From Candidatus Caccovicinus merdipullorum (GTDB taxonomy: Bacteria > Bacillota > Clostridia > Lachnospirales > Lachnospiraceae), in NCBI GenBank assembly GCA_018715905.1, contig DVKS01000164.1, positions 1-49,479 of the forward strand: a stretch of 49,479 nt of DNA. Direction: 5' to 3'. Below, piece by piece: positions 41,919 to 49,479 of this stretch. Under the pieces are notes generated by a model. That model did no database searches. It was not told the origin of the DNA and worked only from the letters and a program-made list of their open reading frames with translations. Positions within the stretch are counted from its first letter, which is position 1. Every line of letters begins with the position of its first letter. The position numbers and the translations under genes are program-made.

Positions 41919-44900
41919 TCATTGTGTCCGTCTAAGGGTCAGCTCTCCTTCCTCCAGAAGGCGCCCTCCTATGGTCCGGAAAATCACCTGACCGTCATAC
42001 TGGACCTGAACCTGAATGCCGGGTGATACCCCGAGATTTTCTGCAGATTCGGGATCAATCCTTAAAATATAGATTCCCACCGGAACCTGGTCAAATTCCC
42101 AGGTTCCGCTTTTTTCTGCATTGCATGATATCTCCGCTTCATACTCGCCTGCCGTATCTTTGGATCCCCATGCCGTACCCCGAAGCACTGCCGTCACCGT
42201 ATCCGGCTCCCGGCTGCTTTCCTCTGCTGCCTTCTCCGTTCCGGAACTGCTTTCCTCCTCCGCGCTGTCTGTATGGGCCGCTTCTCCCTCCAGCGTCAGC
42301 CGGAAAGGTACCTGGCAGCGGATAACCGAATTTTCAAAAGGTTTTCCTTCGCCGCTTCCTCCATAAAGATCCTCATTTCCCACTGCAGTATCTGTTCCTG
42401 CATTAAAATACCACACACCGTTTCCATCCGGCCGGTAACCCTCTGCAGGCTGAATTTCCCATACTGCATAAGTGCCCGGCAGAATGCCGCTTTCCTCTAT
42501 ATACTGCAGTCCCCGGTCATTTTCCTGAACCGCATCTGCACTTTCCGATTCCGTCAGCTCATAAACCCCCGGCTCCTGGCTGCTTTCTTTCAGTTCCCCT
42601 ATCAGCCGGTCGCTCCAGGTCTCATATACCAGGAAACGGCTTCCGGAAATCCCAGAACCCTCCTGCCCGCTTTCCTCCAGCTGCAGGCGCACCTGGCTTC
42701 TGGGAAGATACTCTTCCATGTACCACCCATCTGTTTCTCCGGCTCCATAAACGCCGTCTTTGTCAGGCTTCAGTTCCAGCCGCACCGCTTTCCGGTCTCC
42801 CCGCTCGCTTTCGGCCTCCACCGGCTCAAGCCAGCCTTCTGCGCCGCCTTCATCAAGAATCAGCGTCATAATGGAGCGGCCGCCAAACACCCGGTATGTT
42901 CCATAAGGAAGATCCGGCAGGGTAATGTATCCGCTTCCATCTTCCGCCACGGAAGGCATGGGCTCATAGGAAACGAAACGGGCCGCATTCTTGTCTTCTT
43001 CCTCGCTGCTTCTTTCTGCCTCTGTCTCTCCGGCGGTCTCTGTCTCAGGCTCTGCGGATTCCGTACTTTCTGACACCGTCTCTTCGGTCTGCGATTCCTC
43101 CGTCTTTCCGTCTTCCGGCCCCCCGGTCTCTGGGTCTTCCGTCTTTGATTCTTCTGACACCTCAGTCCCGGATTCTTCCGGCTCCGCATCTTCCAGACGC
43201 TCAACCTGCAGTTCCAGCCCGCAGCCCGTCAGCAGATTTCCATTTTGATCCGTAACAGGAATCCGAATATCCGCCACAGCAGGCAGACAGGTTACATAAA
43301 CTCCATCCTCCTTTTGCTGGGCAGCTTTTCCCTCTGTCACCGTCCGGAATGTGCCGTCCTCTTCCACTGTCACGCCGGCCGAAAATTCAGCCGGATCTTC
43401 CATCCCATACGGTGCCGTCACATGAATCTCATATCCCTCCCGGCCTTCCGCCGTGGGATCCAGGCCTTCAAATACCACAAGGCCATCGCTTCCGCTTACA
43501 GCCTGTCTGGACTTAAGTCTGCCCCGGCCGGTTTCTTCATAATCGGTATAAGTCAGGCTGCAGTTTACATTTTCCAGAAGGTTCCCCTCCTGGTCCTGCA
43601 CATAAAATTCCAGCCTGCCGCCTTTTACCGTCTCTTCCCCGGACTTCCACCGGCTTAAGCTTTCTTTCTCCTGGATCAGTATCTGAGTCTTTGCTGTATA
43701 CAGCGCATGTTCTTCGTCTTCTTTCGGGAAATCACTTTCACTTCTTTCATCCAGAAGCACCAGATACCTGGGATTTTCCCAGGCTTCATAGCCATCTGCC
43801 GCTTCCGTCTCTTCCAGTTTATAAAGCGTATCTTCCTCTAAAAACAGAAATACCGCCTGTCCGTCTTCTCCGGTGACAGCATATGCCGCTGCCGTCTCAT
43901 CCTTCCCTTCATCGGCCTCTTCGTAAGAATCCCACTGTCCGTCCTCATTCTTTTCATCCATCCGCACCAGACGGTAAGATGCACCGGCCACTCCGTAAGG
44001 TTCCCCGCTTTCCGAATTCTCGCTGATCAGTGACACAGCCGCCGAAGGAATCTGGTTCTTCTCTGCCGCTTCCAGAATCGACACCGCCCTGGCTCCACTT
44101 ACCTCCAGGCTGCCCTCTTCCAGCACATCCGCGCCGCGCTCCAGTCCATAAGAACCAATGAAATCTTCCGCTTCCACATCCTCTCTGACAAAAGCAGTAA
44201 GTTCCACACATAACGTTCTTCCCTTTACACTGTCCGGCAGCGTAATCTCCAGCTTCTCCTGTTCTGCGGCAATTTCGTTTTCAGCAAAATACGGCTGTCC
44301 TTCCCTTTCGCCCTCTTCCGTTTCCTCATAGGGCCAGATCTGCTGACGCTCCTCTCCCAGACTGCCGTCTGCATTCAGTTTCACCGTGTAAATCCGAAGC
44401 GAAGCCTCATCTGCCTGCAGAGCATCCGGCCACTGCAGTGTGAAAAGACTTCCGGTCAGGTCACCCTCATTCCGATTGATAACCACAGTCCAATCAACTC
44501 TTGGCATTCTGGTTCCGTCCCAGCGCGAACCTTCCTGGCTGTAACGGCTTTCCAGATAAGCCCCTTCTCCTGCCGCAGCAGCAGAGTTCCACGCAATGGA
44601 TACCTGGCTCCGGGCGCCTGAAATTTCCTTCTCTTCGCCCTCCGCTCCGGTTTTTCCGGTGAGTTCCGCCGCTGCAAACAGCACCTCTTCATCTCCGGAT
44701 AAAAAGCTTTCATTCCGCATTGCCTCAGACATACGGCACCGGAACCAGATCTGCCAGGAAGCAGGCTCTGCGGGCGCTTCCTCAACCTCCTCTGGTTCTC
44801 TCCAGGAGAAAATCACCTGACTTTCCCCGGTTCTTTCATCCGGTTCTGCTTCTTCTGCTGCAATCCACTGATCTTCTGTAACATCCTGCCAGCGTCCGCC

Positions 44901-47126
44901 TGCACTTCGAACCATCACCTGCTGGATCTCTACCTGTTCCAGTCCATCAGACAGCACTGCTGCCGCCTGCGGTTCTGCCAGGCTCCGCATTTGGGGATTT
45001 ACCGTCATCTCCAGCTCCAGGCTGTGATCTTCATAATCGTATCCCTCCGCCGCTTCCAGCGTGATCCAGGAATTCTCTGCAGGAATTTCCGCCATGCATT
45101 CGCCTCCGGTCTGCCGGATTTCTCCGTCAGCCGTCTCAAGCACTGCCGTATACTCTGTGCGTCCGGAAGAAATGGCGAAATCTTCGCTGCACGGGGCAAA
45201 TGCCCCATCCTTCACCTGCGTCTCCACCTGGAAACGGCAGGCTGCCTGTCCCAGCTGGAAAAGGTGTATTTCAAGCCGCTCTGTTCCATTTTCCTGATTC
45301 CGTACGTAATATCCGTAAAAATCAGAAGACTCCTCCAGCGTCTCCCGGCTCTTCTCCCAGTCTTCATAAGGCAGGATCTCTGCCTGGATGCCTTCCTCCG
45401 ACCATGGAATCTCATCCTGAGAAAGAATAACTTCCAAGCTTTTGCCTTCTGCAACTGCTCCGGCAAATGTCTGTTCCGCCTCTGGAAGCTCCCTGGCAAT
45501 CACAGCTTCCCTGACATTTTCCCCATTCTGGTTTATCAGGAAATCCCATATTGCAGTTCCCGATTCCGAATGGTATCCTTCTTCTCCGGATTTCTGTGAA
45601 GCCAGGCTGCAGGAAGCTGTCTGGGTCAGCCAGATCCCTTTCGCAGCAAAATTCTGTCCTTTTTCATTCTCCGCATCTTCCCCGGGAATCCGTTCTGCAC
45701 GGACCTCCCAGACCGGATGCAGCATCTGGCTTAAATCAACAGCCGGCTCCTCCTCCGTTTTGCTTTCCGAAGCTTCCTCTGCATCTGCTTCCGTCGCTTT
45801 CTCACCGGTTTTTTCGGCTTCTGCAGCTGACGCTTCTTCTGCCTCTTCCCGGGGTTCTGCAGCTTCCTCAGAACCAGCCGCCGGTTCCCATAAGAATTTA
45901 CTTCCGCACTCAAGAGCTGCATCCCACTGATAAACATCCGGCTCCTCAGACGCGGAAACCCGAGTCCGATATGAAATTCCGGTCCGTTCCTCTCCGTCCT
46001 CCACCGGTACGATGAGAATTCCGTTTTTCTGTTCCCCATCCTCTTCGAATGTATAAAACCCTGCGCCTGAAATGCCGCCCAAAAGGTCTCTGGCATCCTC
46101 TGCTGTAAAAATCTCTCCGAAAGCGCCGGACCGCTGCGGGGATATCTCCGTCACCGGAATCTGTTCCTTCACACTTCCCTCAGCGTCCAGAAGCGTCACC
46201 TGTCCTTCTTCAAAATCAAAATGGTGACCTTCCTCCAGATCCTCAATGACCGATACCAGATATCCTTCTCCCGGATTCACCCCCAGGTTGACCCAGTCTG
46301 TCCAGACAAAAGTTTTCTGGGCACGGCCCTGGCCCTGCGCCTCCTTTTCCAGAAATGGCGCCAGGCGCAGGATTTCTCTGGGAAGCGTTTCATCAGCCAG
46401 CACCTTTCCCTCCGGATCCAGAAGAGCCGCTTTCCCGGTAAGTTCCGCTTCCAGCTCTTCTCCGCTCTCCATATAGATCTTCATCTGATCCTGATTAAGG
46501 CCCAGACGGACCCGGCACAGGTACTCTCCCTCTGTCACTCCCAGGCGGCTGCGGACTGCTCCATCCTGAAGTTCCCAGTCTTTTCCTTCTGTAAGCGTTT
46601 TGGAGCTTCCATTCTGCTCTTCCAGAATAATCTCCTCTGCCGCAAACCCTTCCGGGATGGTAAATTCAAGCACAGCCTCCCCGGGGGCCTGAAGCTTTAT
46701 TTCATACTCCGCTTTGGCCCGTTCTTCATCTGCCTCTACAGAAATGTCCAGAGATGCCTCCTGCTCCTCTTTTTCTGATGGAGCCGTCTCTTTTCTGCTT
46801 TCCGATTCCGCCGTTTCCCGCTCCGGCGCGGTCTGGCGTCTGGCATTTCCCTTTTCTGTGGTTTCCGGCTCCGTCGTTTCCGCTCTTTTTGTCCCGCCGT
46901 CTTCCGGCTCCGCCGTATCGCTCTCCAAATTCTCTCTGGCTGTCTCCGCCGATTCTTCTGCTGCCTTCCTGCTGCTGGTATCTGCAGATTCCTCCCGGCC
47001 CGTCTGACGCTCTTTTGACGCCGCTGTCTCTTTCGTGCTTTCCGCCCGGACCGCTTCCGCGGGGATCAGGCTCTGTGCCAGCATCAAAACACAGAGACCG
47101 GCCGCTATCCTTCGATTCCTCCCCAT
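41919..47126 (-). CDS. Large acidic secreted/surface protein with SpaA/Cna-B-like beta-sandwich repeats
   Basis: Signal peptide MGRNRRIAAGLCVLMLAQSLIPAEAVRA; segments TGEDGQAVF..YKLEETEAADGY, LPYGTYRV and PGTYAVWEIQPAEGY; Glu-rich linkers. Confidence 0.7.
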   Translation of the reverse strand: MGRNRRIAAGLCVLMLAQSLIPAEAVRAESTKETAASKERQTGREESADTSSRKAAEESAETARENLESDTAEPEDGGTKRAETTEPETTEKGNARRQTAPERETAESESRKETAPSEKEEQEASLDISVEADEERAKAEYEIKLQAPGEAVLEFTIPEGFAAEEIILEEQNGSSKTLTEGKDWELQDGAVRSRLGVTEGEYLCRVRLGLNQDQMKIYMESGEELEAELTGKAALLDPEGKVLADETLPREILRLAPFLEKEAQGQGRAQKTFVWTDWVNLGVNPGEGYLVSVIEDLEEGHHFDFEEGQVTLLDAEGSVKEQIPVTEISPQRSGAFGEIFTAEDARDLLGGISGAGFYTFEEDGEQKNGILIVPVEDGEERTGISYRTRVSASEEPDVYQWDAALECGSKFLWEPAAGSEEAAEPREEAEEASAAEAEKTGEKATEADAEEASESKTEEEPAVDLSQMLHPVWEVRAERIPGEDAENEKGQNFAAKGIWLTQTASCSLASQKSGEEGYHSESGTAIWDFLINQNGENVREAVIARELPEAEQTFAGAVAEGKSLEVILSQDEIPWSEEGIQAEILPYEDWEKSRETLEESSDFYGYYVRNQENGTERLEIHLFQLGQAACRFQVETQVKDGAFAPCSEDFAISSGRTEYTAVLETADGEIRQTGGECMAEIPAENSWITLEAAEGYDYEDHSLELEMTVNPQMRSLAEPQAAAVLSDGLEQVEIQQVMVRSAGGRWQDVTEDQWIAAEEAEPDERTGESQVIFSWREPEEVEEAPAEPASWQIWFRCRMSEAMRNESFLSGDEEVLFAAAELTGKTGAEGEEKEISGARSQVSIAWNSAAAAGEGAYLESRYSQEGSRWDGTRMPRVDWTVVINRNEGDLTGSLFTLQWPDALQADEASLRIYTVKLNADGSLGEERQQIWPYEETEEGEREGQPYFAENEIAAEQEKLEITLPDSVKGRTLCVELTAFVREDVEAEDFIGSYGLERGADVLEEGSLEVSGARAVSILEAAEKNQIPSAAVSLISENSESGEPYGVAGASYRLVRMDEKNEDGQWDSYEEADEGKDETAAAYAVTGEDGQAVFLFLEEDTLYKLEETEAADGYEAWENPRYLVLLDERSESDFPKEDEEHALYTAKTQILIQEKESLSRWKSGEETVKGGRLEFYVQDQEGNLLENVNCSLTYTDYEETGRGRLKSRQAVSGSDGLVVFEGLDPTAEGREGYEIHVTAPYGMEDPAEFSAGVTVEEDGTFRTVTEGKAAQQKEDGVYVTCLPAVADIRIPVTDQNGNLLTGCGLELQVERLEDAEPEESGTEVSEESKTEDPETGGPEDGKTEESQTEETVSESTESAEPETETAGETEAERSSEEEDKNAARFVSYEPMPSVAEDGSGYITLPDLPYGTYRVFGGRSIMTLILDEGGAEGWLEPVEAESERGDRKAVRLELKPDKDGVYGAGETDGWYMEEYLPRSQVRLQLEESGQEGSGISGSRFLVYETWSDRLIGELKESSQEPGVYELTESESADAVQENDRGLQYIEESGILPGTYAVWEIQPAEGYRPDGNGVWYFNAGTDTAVGNEDLYGGSGEGKPFENSVIRCQVPFRLTLEGEAAHTDSAEEESSSGTEKAAEESSREPDTVTAVLRGTAWGSKDTAGEYEAEISCNAEKSGTWEFDQVPVGIYILRIDPESAENLGVSPGIQVQVQYDGQVIFRTIGGRLLEEGELTLRRTQ

Positions 47127-47147
47127 AATTTATCCTCCGTTTCCAAG

Positions 47148-47243
47148 CTTTCATGCGCGGCTGCCGGCGCACTGCCGCAATCCAAAATCTTTCCGGTGTG
47201 TTTCTCCTCCCAAACCCTTTGCCGCCCTTTACGGCGGCAGCCC
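47148..47243 (-). repeat. Highly degenerate repeat A copy (A7) in the 5' UTR of the surface-protein gene
   Basis: CTGCCGCC-GTAAAG-GGCGGCA hairpin to GCGCATGAA spans 91 nt, against 92 nt in intact copies; the middle is only patchily similar. Confidence 0.5.
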
Positions 47244-47257
47244 GGTTCTCTAATTCC

Positions 47258-47286
47258 AGTATACAATGCTTTCCAGTTAATTACAA
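47258..47286 (-). promoter_or_regulatory. sigmaA promoter of the surface protein/srtB unit
   Basis: TTGTAA-17 bp-TATACT. Confidence 0.6.
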
Positions 47287-47379
47287 CGATTTCCCCCCTT
47301 CTCCACAGGGATTTGCGGCGGTTTATGCCGCTTTTTCAGCACAGTCCCGGCATGGAAAATGTTCTTTATCTGCATTCCT

Positions 47380-48930
47380 CTAACGTTCCGTCATATATGG
47401 CTCAACTTCCGCAAACCTGCTTCCCACATGTTCTGTAAATGTACGGTCATGCTCGATCAATACCATAGTCGGCTGAAATTTTTTAATCAGCGCCTCTATC
47501 TGCATCCTGGAAAACACATCGATATAATTTAACGGCTCATCCCACAGATACAGATGGGCCTGCCGGCAAAGACTTGCCGCCAGGAGTACCTTTTTCTTCT
47601 GCCCCTGGCTGAAGGTTTCCATAGGGCGTGAAAGCTGCTCCCTTGAAAAATCCAGCTTCCGCAAAAGGCTCTTTAACAGACTTTCCGCCACCCCCTGGCG
47701 GACCGCATAGTCCGACAGGCTTCCGCAAAGTCCCGATGTATCCTGGGATACATAGGAAATCTCCATTCCTGCCCCGATATAGCATTCTCCCTGATACGTT
47801 AATCCGCCGGCCCTATCATGGCCGGAGCATCCGTTTTCTCCTGCCATCTGCAGGATTGCCTTCAGGATACTGGACTTGCCGCAGCCGTTTCTGCCCTGGA
47901 GCACCAGGCGCTCTCCCCGCCGCACTTCCAGGCTGATCCCGGAAAGGATCTCCCTGTCCCCATAAGAAATCCTTCCGTCCTTCATCCAGATCAGGCGCTC
48001 CTGTCTCCATATCCCTGGAAAAAGCTTTAATTCCTCTGCAGACTCCACATCCAAAAGCAGATCCTTCTTTTCCTGAACCGCCGCCTCTCTCCGTTTTTCC
48101 AGATTCTTTCTGCGCTGCTGGATTTTCCGGGATTTTTCCCCGAGATAATCCCGGTTAGGCCGGTCATTTCCAAAGGCCTCCACGCTCTTTTTTCCCAGTT
48201 TTACACGCTCCGCCTGTTCCCCCCATTTCCCGGTCCGATCAGCCGCAGCAGAAAGCCGCCGGATCTCTTTTTTGTGTTTTTCATTTTCCGCTTCCTCAAA
48301 GGCATCCTGCTTCTGTTTATTGCTGTACCAGGAAGAAAAATTTCCTTTCTGCACCTGTATGGAATTCCGGTTGATCACAAGCATATGATCCACTGCCCCA
48401 TCAAGAAATGCCCGGTCATGAGATACCAGAATAAATCCTTTCTTCCTGCTTAAATACTCAGCCATCACAGCCCGGCCTTCCTGATCCAGATGATTGGTGG
48501 GCTCGTCGATCAGCAGAAAATGACTTTCCCGCAGGAACAAAAGGGCCAGCAGGATCTTTGTCCGCTCTCCCTGGGAAAGGCTGTTAAAGGGCCGGTAAAG
48601 AACTTCCTCCTCCACCTTAAGCCTGGAAAGTTCCCGGACCAGTCTCCAGTAATCATAATCCGGGCATACCTCTCCGGCCACCAGGATCGTATCCTGGTCC
48701 TCATCTTCCGGGGAATAAGGAAAGTAATCAAATACCGCATTGGTCTGAATGCTTCCCCGGTATTCGTATTCTCCCATTAAAAGCTTTAAAAATGTTGTCT
48801 TTCCTCTTCCGTTCCGTCCCGTAAATCCCAGTTTCCAGTCCGTATCAATACAAAACGATACATCCTCAAAAACCGGCTCCGGACTTCCCTCATAGGAAAA
48901 CGTCAGATTCTTTACCTGTATCATAGACAT
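47380..48930 (-). CDS. lsa: Lsa-type ABC-F ribosomal protection protein
   Basis: Start MSMIQVKNLTFSYEGS..IDTDWKLGFTGRNGRGKTT, an Lsa(B/E)-like N-terminus; two ABC domains (LSQGE/DEPTNHLD and FSQGQ/DEPLNYID); no TM segments. Confidence 0.8.
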   Translation of the reverse strand: MSMIQVKNLTFSYEGSPEPVFEDVSFCIDTDWKLGFTGRNGRGKTTFLKLLMGEYEYRGSIQTNAVFDYFPYSPEDEDQDTILVAGEVCPDYDYWRLVRELSRLKVEEEVLYRPFNSLSQGERTKILLALLFLRESHFLLIDEPTNHLDQEGRAVMAEYLSRKKGFILVSHDRAFLDGAVDHMLVINRNSIQVQKGNFSSWYSNKQKQDAFEEAENEKHKKEIRRLSAAADRTGKWGEQAERVKLGKKSVEAFGNDRPNRDYLGEKSRKIQQRRKNLEKRREAAVQEKKDLLLDVESAEELKLFPGIWRQERLIWMKDGRISYGDREILSGISLEVRRGERLVLQGRNGCGKSSILKAILQMAGENGCSGHDRAGGLTYQGECYIGAGMEISYVSQDTSGLCGSLSDYAVRQGVAESLLKSLLRKLDFSREQLSRPMETFSQGQKKKVLLAASLCRQAHLYLWDEPLNYIDVFSRMQIEALIKKFQPTMVLIEHDRTFTEHVGSRFAEVEPYMTER

Positions 48931-48967
48931 AAAACCGCCTCCTGTCCGCTTGCCGGGCTTATCCCAC

Positions 48968-49270
48968 AAAAAAGGCCGCAGGAGCAAACCACTCCTGCAG
49001 CCTCAATCATCAAATCCTTCTGTACGTCAAACCGGCATCCTGGGGACTCCCTGCCGCAAAGGGCCGCAAACGCCCCGCCCTCCGGCAAACGTACTCCTAT
49101 TATGAAAAAGAGGTTCGAAATGAAATGCTTCCTGCAATGCGCACGGCAAAACCAGTCTCTCTTTGGGCTGTCTTTCTTATAAAGCGCCGGAGAGAAACTC
49201 TTGTTTCCTGAAAATACCCATGCTTCATAACATTATCTTGCAAGAATCATTCCTTCACCGTATCCTCCTT
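48968..49270 (-). promoter_or_regulatory. Ribosome-dependent transcription attenuator upstream of lsa
   Basis: AAGGAGG plus uORF GTG-AAG-GAA-TGA (49258-49247); anti-antiterminator 49250-49238; antiterminator 49137-49125; terminator GGCTGCAGGAG..CTCCTGCGGCC-TTTTTT (49002-48968). Confidence 0.7.
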
Positions 49271-49323
49271 ATTCTTTCTGCGGCAGCAAAAGCGCCTGTG
49301 CTTTCGCCCCGTTTTCGAGGACC

Positions 49324-49352
49324 ATCATACCAAAGCCCCCTGCCCTTGTCAA
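49324..49352 (-). promoter_or_regulatory. sigmaA promoter of the lsa leader
   Basis: TTGACA-17 bp-TATGAT with a TGn extended -10. Confidence 0.75.
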
Positions 49353-49384
49353 CACCGCCAGACGCACAAAATTATCCAAAAAAC

Positions 49385-49451
49385 CGGAAAATTAAAAAAT
49401 TTAATTTTTTTCAAAAAAACCATTGACATTTCCCGGTTTATTTAGTAGAAT
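49385..49451 (+). promoter_or_regulatory. Strong outward sigmaA promoter with A/T-rich UP-like tract (possibly for rRNA/tRNA beyond the window)
   Basis: TTGACA (49423-49428)-17 bp-TAGAAT (49446-49451), preceded by A and T tracts. Confidence 0.7.
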
Positions 49452-49479
49452 ATCATCGTTGCTTCTGAAACACAGCAAA

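Overview
This is a ~49.5 kb chromosomal window from a Firmicute, most likely Lachnospiraceae/Clostridia judging by gene content and sigmaA promoters. Most genes lie on the minus strand. In order it holds: the 5' end of topB; a DUF2264 protein and a GH88 hydrolase; aspS under a T-box with an Asn (AAC) specifier; a sugar ABC transporter with a lipoprotein/YesM/YesN sensing module; tRNA-Ala(CGC); a doubly deleted LacI remnant in front of yiaK; a LysR regulator; F1Fo ATP synthase operon 1 (H+-type c subunit, no atpI); an Rpn-family nuclease with a probable internal small ORF; a pentose cluster (AraC, xylB, DUF4867-like, FucI-like isomerase, tkt, fsa); F1Fo operon 2 (Na+-type c subunit, atpZ/atpI, truncated epsilon); a class B sortase beside a 1735-aa acidic surface protein; and an Lsa-type ABC-F with a uORF attenuator. 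Two families of structured interspersed repeats recur through the window. Family A is a ~109-bp unit bounded by TTAC; family B is a set of palindromic modules. They flank atpE in both operons and have altered the 3' ends of atpC2 and atpI. All calls come from reading sequence and motifs by eye; no searches were run.
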